A stretch of DNA of 64,000 bases from the human T2T-CHM13v2.0 reference genome, Homo sapiens, in the NCBI RefSeq assembly GCF_009914755.1, contig NC_060927.1; one strand, 5' to 3'. Every line of letters begins with the position of its first letter. Position 1 is the stretch's first letter. A program made the translations under genes and the position numbers. This document shows positions 13,669 to 32,520 of this stretch, piece after piece. Under the pieces are notes generated by a model. That model worked only from the letters and a program-made list of their open reading frames with translations. It was not told the origin of the DNA and made no database searches.

Positions 13669-14094
13669 CCTTTTTTTGCAGCTCCTGTGTGGGCTGGTGT
13701 CCCTGGAGACTCCGTTTTAACTTGGACATTCCCTCTTTATTGTCCTCCTATGTTGCACTGAACTCAAAGAAAAATGCTCAGGTGGGTTTTGAGGTACCAG
13801 TTGGGGAGATAGTGTGGGGCAAGGCTTTCTGGAGCCCTCGGGCCACTCCATGAAGGCAGCACCTCCTCCTCTAAGTGTGCACCTTGGCCTGGCCTCAGGT
13901 ATCCCATTATGGCTTTTCACCCTCCCTGGGATCTGCTCTGACTGCAGTCCTCTTAAGGGCAGTTCTCACCCCATGCCTTTCTCACCAGACCAGAGACCCT
14001 CTACCACACCCTAGGGTATCCATCAGGAATTACCTCCGATCAGAGTTCAAGAAACCAAGTTCAGGGTCTAGGATGGGCTTAGCACAGCAGAAGT

Positions 14095-14770
14095 AGTTTG
14101 TTAGTTGTATTCTTTTATAAGGAACAGAAGACCTGACCCCAAACTGCCTTAAGTTAATAAAAGGAATATATGTGCTTTTGTCACTGAGTAATTGTAGTTG
14201 CTTTAGCCTCACCTGTAATCCCAGGTTCAAACACCATTGGCAGGGTCTGACGTCTCTCTCTCCATTTCTCAGCTCTTCTTCCTTCGTGTCTAGTGGCACC
14301 TTAGGGGTGTCTTATGGGGCTTTAGGCCCCACACCCTCAACCTACCTGAAATAACAGGATCTAAGCAGACAGTGTTTCCTAGATCTCCCATCTCACAGAC
14401 CACCACTCCTGAGCCCCTCCTACATACACATTCTAGAGGCCTCTGTATGGGGTCATCTTTCTCAGGTCCCCAAATGACTTCAAGGAGGCCCTGGGTCCAC
14501 CTGTTGCTCCTTCTTATTGCAGGCCATGCCCAGCACAAGTCCTGGAATCCACTCTCATGGGCCCCACTGGGATCTCAGGCTCACCCCTGAACCAGTCAGT
14601 CACAGTGGCCACTGGACTGGAATGTGCTGATTGGCTCAGCCTGGTCAGAGGCTCCACGCCTGGGGTTGGGATGGGGCAAAGCCTCAGGAAAAACACACTC
14701 CCCAAGGGATCTGAAATGTTTTACCTAAAGGGCAGGTGACGGATGCTGGAGGCAAAACCATCAGAAATCC
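14095..14770 (-). mobile_element. Old MaLR LTR (MLT1J/K/L-like), fragmented
   Basis: aacagaagacctgaccccaaactgccttaag...ctcacccctgaaccagtcagtcacagtggcc...tgctgattggctcagcctgg. Confidence 0.55.
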
Positions 14771-15141
14771 ATTAGTAATTAACATAAAAGTTAGTAGAAT
14801 GGAAGTTCATACATTATTTATCTTTTGAGTAAATCAGAGTGATAAGACTATCTTAATGGTAATGTCGCTTCATTCACTGGAAAGGTGTGTTCATAGGAAT
14901 GCAAAAGGCTTAGGAAAAAAATAAATAAGACGAGAAGAGTCTGTTCAGCGACAGAGAAAACAGAGTTGGGCCTGGCCTCTGTCCTGTCCCCACTATGTGT
15001 CCATCCAGGGCAAGGACAGTATTGGTGAAGACATGTTTCAACAATGCCTTCAACTCAGCCCTGAAGAAGAAAGGTAGTCCCTTAGGTTTCTGAGTTTCCT
15101 TCTGGGAGTCTGTCTTGCATGTGAATATCATCCTGTAACTA

Positions 15142-15508
<367 letters not shown>

Positions 15509-16074
15509 TTATTTGTCTGCGGTGGCCTCTTTCGCTGTTCTGTCCTGCTTGGGCTAATGTTTAAAATTCCAGATAGAGTGTCCAAGTGGGCAGGGCCTTA
15601 GGGACTCTGGTGCAAGCCCCTTCTGCTGTGAATGGGGGCCAGCGAGGGTCAGAGTCTTACTGAATTCACAGAGCTAGTTAAATCACCGAGCTCAGGAGCC
15701 TCTGCCTGGCAACCCCTTCTCGTGGGAGTCTCGTTACCACAGGGTTCCCAAGCAGGCAGACAGAGAGGCAGCCAAGGTGAAGGCCCCGATGACACCTTTG
15801 CTATGAATAACCCACAAAATCAATTACTGCAGTGGGCAGAGCAGCAGCCAGGCCCTTCACTGTGTGCTGCTGGGCGCATGTACTGAGATCACTTCTTGCT
15901 GCAGGGCTTCCCTTCCTAATTGTATTTTGCTCAAACTAATGTTAAAAATTAACTTTCCCAGCATTCAGATGAGGCCAAAGCAGGAGGTGGAATAAGAGAA
16001 AAGACTTAATTTTTAGTGGATAGACCACCAGGGAGCCACCTGGGATAGATGTTCTGTGTGTGTTTGATCTCTCA

Positions 16075-16520
16075 GAGATGGAGAACATTTACTGAGCAGC
16101 ATTCTGTGCTAGGTCCTGGGGTACTCCCTAGGATCAGACCGAGGCCATGCCTCAAAGAGCCCCTAGTTTATCGGGTAGCCACACAAGTAACAATAGTGAT
16201 AGTTCAGTGAGATGAGCATTAATAAAGGGCTCTGGGTAGTGCAGGAGGCGTGGAGGAGAGAGAGAATATCAGGTGTTTGGGTCAGCTGTGGCATCGAGGA
16301 AGTGCAGACAGAGGAGGAATATTTGAGTTGAGATTTAAAGACTCAAGTATCCCTTTCCCTAGATGGAGAAGACCGAAAGCAGCATTTCAGGGGAGGGCAC
16401 AGCATGTGTGAAGGCACAGCGGCTTTAAATTGCACAGCAGCACTCAGGAGGTTGTGAGAAGTCCAAGGTGCATACGAGGAAGAGAGCAGTCAGCAAAGAG
16501 ACCAGATCATGGAGGGTGAC
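16075..16520 (-). mobile_element. L2 LINE fragment
   Basis: aacatttactgagcagcattctgtgctaggtcctgggg...gggcacagcatgtgtgaaggcacag. Confidence 0.65.
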
Positions 16521-18014
16521 CCCACCGCTCTAACTGGTATTTATTCATTCATCAAAACCTGGGCCTTTTGGAGTCCAGTTTTTTAAATTTAGATTTTACT
16601 TATTTTGAATACATTTATAAGGTTTTATTAAAACATGACAGTGATCAGTCTTCTTCCCACCCCTGTTTTCAGCCACCCTCCCCAGAGGCAACCGATGCTG
16701 TCAGATTCTTGTGTATTCTAAGGTGTTTCCCACAAATACACAAACAGCAGCAGTCCACTCACACCTTGCCATGCACCTTGCTTCCATCACTTCATATATC
16801 TTGGAGGTGATTCAGCACATGGAGCTTCCGCCTTCTCCTTGACAATGGTGGGAGCTCAGTTGTTAGTCCTAGCTTAGAGACCTTCTCATTCCACCCCTCA
16901 TCTTACAGTGGAAAGGCCCAGAGAAGGTGGGGAGCAGCTCCAGCTCACCTGCTGTTCAGGGACTGAGCCAGGCCTGAAACTCACTCCTCTGCCTCCCATA
17001 CCCACCCTGGGCCAGCCAGATCCACTTCCTTGCCAGCGGTCCTCATTTGCTAGCCCATCAGCTGGGTGAGGCTGCCATTTTTCATAGCCATTACAGGCAG
17101 AGAAGCTGGTGTTTCCATCGGCCTCGTGATGTGGATTTTAGACTTCCACAGTAATCTTTATCATTGTTTTCTCACTTTCCCTTTCTCTCCCCTCTTCCTC
17201 CTCCTCTTCCTCCCCATCTTACATCTCAGCAGCCTTGTATCAAGCCTCTGCCCCACCCTGGTCCCAGCAACTGGTCACCATGGCAACAAGGGCCTTCCAT
17301 CAAAAAGCGGCCTTCCAGGTATTTTATTTTGAGCCCCAATTAAGCAGGGCAGGTCACAGGCTGGGAGCAGTGCAGAGAAGAGTGTTTTACGGCCTGTGAG
17401 AGAGCCCAGGTGCTATTTATAGCTCCTTAATCGGTGTTGCTAAATGGGTCTTAACTCACGTCCTGTGGCAACTGCACATTTTCATCACAGAGAATCTCCG
17501 CCCCACAGCCTCACTCCCTCCATCTGTTGGCCTGAGGGAGAAATGGTGCCTCCTCTGTGCTCAGCAGCTGTCAGGCCACTTGACCCTTCTGACCTCCTCC
17601 TGACACTCTCTGGCCCTTTGCAGCCCTGCCTTTGGGGATATTTGGTCCACAGCGGATGCTTCTTTCAGGAACCCAGAGGCCTCAGCCCTGTCCCAGGGCT
17701 GGAGTTCTGTCCCCAACCTCCCACCACCTCTTCTCAGCCTCCCCATCAAAGCCAGAGTGGTAAGAGGGACATGTAAGACAATATATCCAGGTTTTTGTGG
17801 ATACTCCAAAAATTCTTTCCATTAACATCTCATAGGTTAACTAGCATTTTCAATCATTAAAACAGAGCAAGTTAACAGCTTCTTACAGTTGGGGAAATAG
17901 AGGCTGAGAATGGGAGAGGGAATTAACAGATACCCATTGCCACATACTGCCTTGGAGCTTTATATGTACCATCTCATTCAATCTTCACACAACTTGTTTT
18001 ATAGAGAAGGAAAC

Positions 18015-18400
18015 TATACCAGTCAGGATAGCCCAGGTTTTGCTGCTGTAACAGACAATCCCCAAACCTCACTGACTTCAAACAACAAAGGTTTGTTTTT
18101 GCCCATATTGTGTGCTCATTGCTGTTCAGCAGGAGGCTTTATTCCACAAAGTGTGTCCTCACTTTGGGTCCAGGGCAGAAGGAACAGCCCCTAATGGTGA
18201 CTAATGGAAAAGTGAAGGCAGCAAAATTCACACTGGCTCCTAAAGTTTCCAAGCAAAAGTAACACACATCACTTCTGCTGCCATTTCCTTAGCAAGTCTT
18301 ATGGCCACACCTAACTTCAAGTGAGTAGGGAAGGATAAGCTGATCATTGCTCAGAGGGCAAGAGCCAGAATATTTGAGAACAACCACATTGACCTCCACA
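18015..18400 (-). mobile_element. Old MaLR LTR (MLT1J/K-like)
   Basis: agtcaggatagcccaggttttgctgctgtaacagacaatccccaaacctc...aaagtaacacacatcacttctgc...atggccacacctaacttcaag. Confidence 0.65.
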
Positions 18401-18877
18401 GAAGCTGAGAGTCCCAGAGGTGAAGTGATTTGCCCAGATCCCACAGCTCCAAAGTGGCAGAGCAGGGATTTGAACTGTCAGCTGTTTCCCCCAGAAACCT
18501 GTGCATGTAACAAAGTGGTTATAGACTTGGGCTCTAACGTCATACTTCTGGCTTGAACTCTATCTCCAGTATTCACCAGCTATGTTATCCTAATTAGGCA
18601 AGTCATTTAACCTCTCAGAGCCTCATTTATTTGTTAAATGAAGACACTAGTGCAGGACTATGTTCTGAAAACCAAAACTTTTTTCATAAGTTTGGGGCAA
18701 ACTCATTTGGCAGCCAGACTCAACTTGAACTGGGTGAGACTATTTATATCACTCCTTATTTCACTTGGCGTGAATATTCATAGGTTTCACTGTAGAAATA
18801 TTAAAGTGTTTGGTTGCAGTCCGCTGGGGATGTTATACCATACATAGCATATGCAACCTAATTACTAAACCCTGGAA

Positions 18878-18908
<31 letters not shown>

Positions 18909-19669
18909 TGGTAAGGGACAATGGTCCTGTAGTACTTCCCTCATGGGGTCATCATAAGGATTAAGGGAAATGATTTGTCAAAAATTCTGAGCACAGGGCC
19001 CAGCACATAGTGAGCGCTCCATGCTTGGTGGTTATTTTTGGTCCCTAGATTGAACTGTTGAGGCAGGAAGAGGCCTGGGCTGCGAGAAACTGCCATGCAA
19101 GCTGAAACCACAGCAAGAAAAGAGTGGGAACACTCCAGTTTGCACAGAACCCACATCAGCGGGTCTCTCAGTTTCCTGAGTGTTCCGTCCTAGGAAACAG
19201 GTTCTTTAGGGCCCCATTAATCCTCTAGGGTGTTTTTGGAATGATTCACTCTGAGAGCAAATGGAGTGTTTGGGTCCTCGGAAAAAGACAAAGTGCTTTG
19301 TAAGTATACGGTATTGTTTTCACACTTATTAAATGTGATGTGCCCCTTCCATCGGGCAAGAGTCTAGGGCTTTGCCATATTCATTTCTCAGGATCGTGGA
19401 ACCCAAAACCTGTTCCTCAGAAGACCTCAAAGCCCTGCCTTATGGTTAGAACCTGAGACCCCACCCTCCACTCTGAGCAGCTTCCCGTCTCTCCGCTAAA
19501 TAGACTGGAGTTCTGCATAAATTTCATTTGGCAAAGGGTTCTGCTGTTTGGAGAAAACCCGCCCTTCTCCTCCCAGCTGGAGAACTGCAGCCCAGGGAGG
19601 CACCATGCGTGTCAGTCAGAACCTGGGCTAGGACTGTGGTGGGATCCCCACTGATCACTCACTGGCTCC

Positions 19670-19830
19670 AAGATGCCCTTAGGCAGGTGGTGACCCCCCT
19701 GTGATCCACTTTCCTCATCTGTAAATGAAGATGCCAAGGGTTGTTATGAGGATTAAATGAGCTAATTTATGGAAAGTTCTTAGAACAGTGCCTGGTACAG
19801 TAGACACACTAGTGATGCTGGCTATTAATA
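19670..19830 (+). mobile_element. MIR SINE fragment
   Basis: ttcctcatctgtaaatg...ggttgttatgaggattaaatgagctaat...cttagaacagtgcctggtacagtag. Confidence 0.75.
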
Positions 19831-19892
19831 TTTTCTCACAGCAAGTTTGTGGTAGAGCCAGTACCTGGGCCTTCTATCAAAAGACAGAAGGA

Positions 19893-20323
<431 letters not shown>

Positions 20324-20619
20324 TCAGTCCTCGGAGTGGCCAGGCAAGGCATGGGGCAGCAGAGCCCATGGACGGACCACTTCTGGCCTCAAGGAGCTTT
20401 CCAGGGCCTCTCAGCAAGTGGCCCAAGTAGAGGGGTTCTGACAGGGGCCTCTGAGGCCCCTTTAGGTAGCTAGGACAATGGGCAAATGAATTGTTTGACC
20501 ATGTCTTGGACAGATGCCTGGACAGAGCCCCTCCAGGTTACCCCAGCTGTTCTCCCATCTTCTTTGTATCTCATGCTGAGCAAAAGGTCAGGAAGCAGTG
20601 CTTTAAATTCAGCACAAGG

Positions 20620-21700
20620 ATCCAAACCACAGTGAGATGCCACTTCATACCCACTAGGATGGTTATAATTAAAAAGCAAACAAGCAGAACAGAAAATAAC
20701 AAATGGGGAAGATTTGGAGGAATTCCTGGTGAGAATGTAAAACGATGCAGCTGCTGTGGAAAACAGTTTGGCAGTTCCTCAAAAAGTTAAACATAGAATC
20801 ACCATATGACCCAGCAATTCCATTCTTAGGTATATACAGAAGAGGAATGAAAACAGGTAGGTATTCAAACAAATACTTATGCATGAATATAGCAGCACCA
20901 TTCACAACAGCCAAAAGGTGCAAACAGCCCAAAATGTCCACCAGTGGATGAATGGGCAAATAAAATGTGGCATATTGATATAATGGAATATTATTTAGCC
21001 ATAAAAAGGAATGACATTCGGATACATGCTACAACATCAATGAACTTTGAAAACATTGTGCTAAGTGAAAGAAACCTGATACAAAAGGTCTCATTATATG
21101 ATTCCATACAATCATATAATATTCCATATTCATATTCTGGGCATGGAATATCCAGAATAGGTAAATTCATAGAGACAGAGGGTAGATTAGTGGTTTCCAG
21201 GGTCTGGGGAATGGAGGATGGGACATGACTGCTTAATGGGCACAGGGTTTCCTTTGGAAGTGATAAAAATGGTTTGGAACTTGACAGAAGTGACTGTTGA
21301 ATAACACTGTGAATGTATTAAATGCCACTGAATTGTATACTTTAAAATGGTTAATTTTGGCCGAGCGTGGTGGCTCACGACTGTAATCTCAGCATTTTGG
21401 GAGGCCAAGGCGGGCAGATCGCTTGAGTCCAGGAGTTTGAGACCAGCCTGGTCAACATGGGGAAACCCCATCTCTACAAAAAATTAGCCAGACATGGTGG
21501 CGCATGCCTGTGGTCCTGGCTACTTGAGAGGCTGAGGTGGGAGGATTCCTTGGGCTCAGAAATTTGAGGTTACAGTGAGTTAAGATCACACCACTGCACT
21601 CTAGCCTGAGTGACAGAGTAAGACTCTGTCTCAAAAACATAAAATAAATGATTAATTTCATGTTATGTAAACTTCACCTCAATTTAAAAATTATAAATAA
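20620..21700 (+). mobile_element. L1M (L1MB-like) 3' end, interrupted by an AluJ
   Basis: ORF2 C-terminal remnant (LWKTVWQFLKKLNIESPYDPAIPFLGIY) and a 3'UTR ending aatgccactgaattgtatactttaaaatgg...ttcacctcaatttaaaaa. Confidence 0.8.
21359..21645 (+). mobile_element. AluJ
   Basis: J diagnostics GCTTGAGTCCAGG and a diverged right arm. Degenerate TSD aaatggttaattt/aaatgattaattt. Confidence 0.85.
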
Positions 21701-24094
21701 ATTCAGTGCAAGAAGTTGCCACCAGAATTCAGTCAACAGGTCAGCTGTGTTCATGTGGAAAATACCAGGGGTGAATTCAGTCAATCGCCCTGAGCATGGC
21801 CCTGGGGGAGCACCCTTCATTCCCCATGACCCCAGGAAAGTGTGCTCTCCTCCAGCTGAGGGTATCTCACTCATTTCCAGCTCCCCTGCAGCTGACCTGG
21901 CACGTGACAAATCCTTAAGAGCTTTGGAACTAACTCCTATGGGTAATTGACGAAACACGGTGAATGCGCAGGTGCCTGTCCTCTACTCACCGGCTCTGCA
22001 ATATTGTGCTAGAAGCTTAATCTCAGCACTTGGTTTTCCTCACTGTGAAGTAACATGGGAAAATGAGGCCGAGTCTAGACCCACTGTGCTGGCCCAGCAA
22101 GCAACCAGATGCATCTAAACCACCGTGGCCAGCCTGGGCACACTGGCAGGGCTCTGCAGAGGGCAGCTGCGCTGGTCTTAGGTGATTATCATTGTTATCC
22201 ACGGTCAAGGGCATCTCAGTCTGTGGTCTTTTGAGAAACTGCTTTTGCCACTATCTGAACTAAGGTATTTTTCTGCCTTTTCCCAATTCAAAAAAAGTTC
22301 ATTTTCTCTATCATTTTTCTCTACCAATATGTTTTTGTCCATAAACCTCTAATGTCTGCTACCCCTTGTCTACGGTAAAATAAGAAAGGAAGTGTCTGTT
22401 TTTATGGAAAAAGTAGACATTGTAGGCATTGTACATTAAATATGTGAATGTTCTGGGCGTTGACCAGTGTCTTGTGGGGAACGCAAGAGTCTTGTGAGCC
22501 CAGCAGCCCTGCCAATGTTGCCTGCATGACCTTGGAAATCACGTGACCTCTCTGTGCCTGAGTTCCTTCATAGGGTGTGAGGAGGACTGAGTAAGCTACT
22601 GTAGGTCAAGTGCTCAGCCGGCATCAGCGCAAAGTGAACTTCCCAATCTGGACACTCAGACACTAAATGGGGTTTAAAAGCAGTTCTGGTTTTTTACGTA
22701 GTTACGGACATCATAGCTAGAGTTGGTTGAGGTATGGAAGAACAATGATCAGATTCCTGGATCCAACTGCGTTTGGGCCTCTGTGGTTGGATCCGATCTC
22801 TGGCAGCTTACTGAGGGACCAGCTGTCCCCAGTGGCGTTGGCAGGTACTGACATCCCTAACGGTGGTGGATGAGCTTTATTCTGCGATAGAAGTGACACT
22901 GTCAGCTCAGTGCTGGATCTGGGCCTAGAAATATTTTGTTTGGCCATACTAAATTAAAACAACACAGAAATGTCACATAAAAACCTGAATTTTGGAGTTT
23001 TCTGGAAAAAGCAGGAAATGCCCCCTGCCCATAGCTTACACCTGCTCCCCACTATTCAGTTAGGTTACCTGCCTGGCACCATGGATGCCGGAGTTTGCAG
23101 CCTTTGATCTAAATTGCAAATGTATTTGTGGTACTTGAGATAGTTTTCATTAATGCACTGATCATTAGCTTTTTAAAAATTTATCTAAAACAAAAAATCA
23201 TTTGCCTTGAAACTAGAAGCGGAAGTAAAGTAGCTGTTTTTAAATTTGCCAACTATTATTTTGTATCATGGCTGTTTATAAACTGAAAACATTTATTTCA
23301 GACTTCATCATTTACCACTTCTTCTTAGACACAATTTTCCTCTTCTGGAGTATCTCATAAATACTGGGTTCCTCTTGGGCCTAATTGGATCATTTGACTA
23401 AAGGAGGAGGGGAGCTTGAGTGAGAAAACTGGGCAGACTCCATCCAAGAATTCAGTTTACTCATCAGTTTTACTTAACTTAAGAAAAACAAGCTTCCACC
23501 ATCCTCCTCTGGGCCTGTTTCTGAGCTCACACTTGGAAAGGTCAAATAAACACAATAAATCCATTAGAAGGCCTTCATATTAAGCCCCTGGGGTTTATAC
23601 TATTTAGCAAGAGGCTAAGAGATGACGTTTCCCAAGTAGAGGAAGTTTGCTCAAGCATAGCTGTTTGCTAGAAAACAGGAGTCAACTGTGCCAGTTAGTC
23701 TCAGTGGTTGTGAGGAGCACAGCCCCAGGCTGCTTCAGGAAGGGGGCTTGATGGTGGTCGTTCTGGTGGCTGGGTCTGGAGGGGAGAAGACCCCCTTGTG
23801 GAGTCCATGTCAGCTCCCTTTCCCTTTCCAAATTCTTCAGGCCAAATCCCAGTTGGAATTAGGTGGATTGAACCCGTTAGTTGCTGCCCCCCACTAGGCA
23901 GGGTCCCTCACTCTGGCTGAGCTTGGAAAACCAGCTGGCACCACCACATGGAGCAGGGCTGAGGGTCAGGGCCATGGGGCCCTTGGGACTCAGGAACAGA
24001 ACTGATAGGGTTGGTGAAGAGGTTTCCTTTGCAGTGACCATCATCCCACTTCTTCATGGGAGTTGGCAGCAGAGAGTGCATCCCAGACCATGTT

Positions 24095-24330
24095 GCCCCA
24101 GTTCCAATCCCATACTCACCACTTAACTGTGACCTTGAGCAAGTGCCTATCCTCTCAACTGCCTCCATTTCCTCCAGTCTGTAGCTGGCCATTCATAATA
24201 GTAACTACCTCATTGGGTTGTTATGAGGATTAAATACAGTAAGACAAAGAAAGTGCTTAGAATGTCTCATGACATAGGAAGTACTATGTAAGCTACAACT
24301 TACTACAACTATAATGTTACTATTATTATT
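24095..24330 (+). mobile_element. MIR SINE
   Basis: cttaactgtgaccttgagcaagtg...tacctcattgggttgttatgaggattaaat...aaagtgcttagaa. Confidence 0.75.
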
Positions 24331-25051
24331 GCCAAAAAAATCAGTTGAAGAGTCCAGTAAGAGCACTCAGATGGGCTTTGAAAATATGTCAACACTCATG
24401 AGTTCCCAAGGCCTCTGCTTCTGATGAGAAGATTGGAAAGAGGATCCTGAAGAGTGGAGCAGGCTGATGGGTGTGGCAGAAGCCACAGGTCACACAGAGC
24501 TGGCTCTGAGCCCCAGATCTGAGCCCCAGCTCACAGATGCATTAGATGCTGTGTCCTGAGCAGGACTCTGTGTGGAATTATCTGTGGTTATTGATGTAGA
24601 AGCATCCTACCTGGATGTCCAGTCCTCAGCTCCCTACACCAGCCGCCTATTTTTCACCTTGTCCCGAAGAACACTAACTTCTCTGAAATATTAATAATAG
24701 CTGTCATTGATTGATTGCCCACAAAGGACAGGGCCTATGCTGGGTACCTGGACTCTGTCCCTTTTCTAATCCTCCCAGCACTCCCCACGAGGCAGGTGAT
24801 GTTCCCATTTTACAGAGGAAGCAGCCTGCCCTGTAAAGCCAGAACCTGACTCTAGGTCTTCTAAGTCCAGGCCTGGGCTGCTGTTTCCTTCCAGCTCTGC
24901 CTTTGCCCAACCACGCTAAGTTCCAAGCAGGCAAGAGTGACTCCATTATTACTCCTTAGCTAGAATTTATAATTCATCTTCTGGCCAAGCTCTTTGAGTT
25001 TGGTTGGGGCCACCTAGTAACTTTCTCATTCAATTTTGTTCTCTTTCTCTG

Positions 25052-30627
<5,576 letters not shown>

Positions 30628-30644
30628 CCTAAATCCTCTCTCTC

Positions 30645-31060
30645 TTTTTGTTTTTAACTGAACTTCTGATATACAGAATTGGATTAAACATAATCCTTAG
30701 TTGTAATACACTGTCATCTTTGGTCCCATGCATAGCCCTCTTTAATTCTAATTTCCTTATTTATGTATTTACCCCTTTATAATTTAATGCATACCCATGA
30801 ATCTACCACCCTACCCAGTGCCTAGAACATTGATAATCAAGCACCTCTGTGCCCCTTGTGTTGTCTCCGCCAATCTGCACCCTTGCTGAAAGGCAACCAC
30901 TCTCAGAATTTTGTGCTTATTATTCCTTTGCTCTTTTCCTTATAGATTTTTTGTACACAGATGTGTGCCTCAATAATGCCTTGTTTCATTTTAGTTGTTC
31001 TGCAACTTCCTAAATTACTTACTCCTATGCCAGTACCACTCAATGTCATTGCTACAGTGT
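30645..31060 (-). mobile_element. Ancient L1ME-type 3' fragment
   Basis: acccatgaatctaccacc...tagaacattg...ggcaaccactctcagaattttgtgcttattattcctttgc. Confidence 0.5.
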
Positions 31061-32374
31061 TAAGTAACCTGATATCTGGTAGACAAGTCCTGCTGTCCCC
31101 AAATTCCTCATTCCTTTTTAGAAGGAGATGCCACGGGGAATTGGGGACCCATTCCTGAGGACTTCACCCTGCCCTGGATGAAATTAGCACCAACTGTCTC
31201 TGCAAGCACCCTTCTGCTTCCCCTGCCTGGTCTCTGATATTGGATGTGTTTCTTTCAGTACCCATAGGGGCAGCTGGGTTGTTCCAGTGCTGCAGTGACA
31301 GGGAACACTGCAGAGGTTGGGAAGATCCGTGGAGCAGGGTGCATGCCAACCCAGAGGCACCCCCACCTGACACTCTCCCCATGTGACAAGGGCTGTCCCA
31401 TCCAAGGCCAGCATGTCCAACCATTGTGCAGCTCCCTGGGGCAGGTTCCAAGTTAAACACAGTCAGACTTTCTGGGACAATTTTAAGCTGAGTTAGGAGT
31501 ATCCTCTACCAGACCAAGGAACTGGTGCTGTGTGTTACTAATTCTGTCTGCCTGCAGGACCTTGCCAGGCTTCTTCAGTGGACTCAGGGCAATATGAAAG
31601 AGCTACTTTTTATTCATTACCTGCATCAGAGGACCTGGGCTGCATTTTCCTTTGTAGAGATGCAGGCTCATTTCAGCTGCCTCCTCTCTCCCGAACACTG
31701 GGTTTCTCATTCTCATTGACCCAGAACCTACAATATCCAAAGCAGAGCGGTAAGGGCTGGACAGCTAACACGAGACCCAGCCCTGCCTGTGGGAGCCCAT
31801 AGGGGTGAGGACAGCTCCAGCAACAGGGAACAGTTCTACAGAGATTCAGGGTGGTCAGGGATTTCCTGAAGTTTGAGGGCAGGGAGACCATATTTCCCAA
31901 ACCCCAAATTAGGACAATGAGGTCTGGCAGCAGGACAGAATATTTCAAACCAGGATCGTCTCATAAAACTCTCAGGTTTAGTCACCGTAATGATGAGAAC
32001 CACTCACAGGCCTCTGCCTAGGAGGGTCTGATGAGGATGTGGAGAAGGGCTCACAGCAGCAGGTGTGAGCTGTGTTTCATGGGGACAGGGAAGGGCAAGG
32101 AGACCTAGGGAGGCTGCGTTCATAATGGAGTCAGGAAGATAGAAAGGATGGGACAAAGAGATGTTTAGGACGTGGACATGAAAGCACTTGGGGGTAGATT
32201 GGGCTTGGAGAGCAGAGGAGGGACATTGTGAGTGTGTCTGAAGATCTCAGCCTGGTAACATGGCTACAAAGACAGGGCTCCCACTAGAGAAGTACAGCAG
32301 TAAGGAGGAAGGGCAGGGAACTTGGTTTCACTGCGGAGAGTTGACATGTCTATGAGGCCACAGACAGGGCATGT

Positions 32375-32520
32375 GGACCAGTGTATTAGAATCACTCAGA
32401 TCATGTTAAAATGTTGCTTCTGATGCAGTAGGTCAGGGTGGAGCACAAGATCCTGCATTTTCAACAGGCTCCCAGGTGACACTGGTGCTGCCAGTCCACA
32501 GATCACGTAGCCAGGCTAAC
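32375..32520. mobile_element. MER5A-like hAT-Charlie MITE
   Basis: ttagaatcact...gttaaaatg...tgcagtaggtcagggtggagc...ctgcattttcaacaggctcccaggtgac. Confidence 0.6.

Noticed and set aside
18645-18880. Possible Tigger-like DNA transposon relic
   Set aside because: Looks repeat-like, but the family and ends could not be supported from sequence alone.
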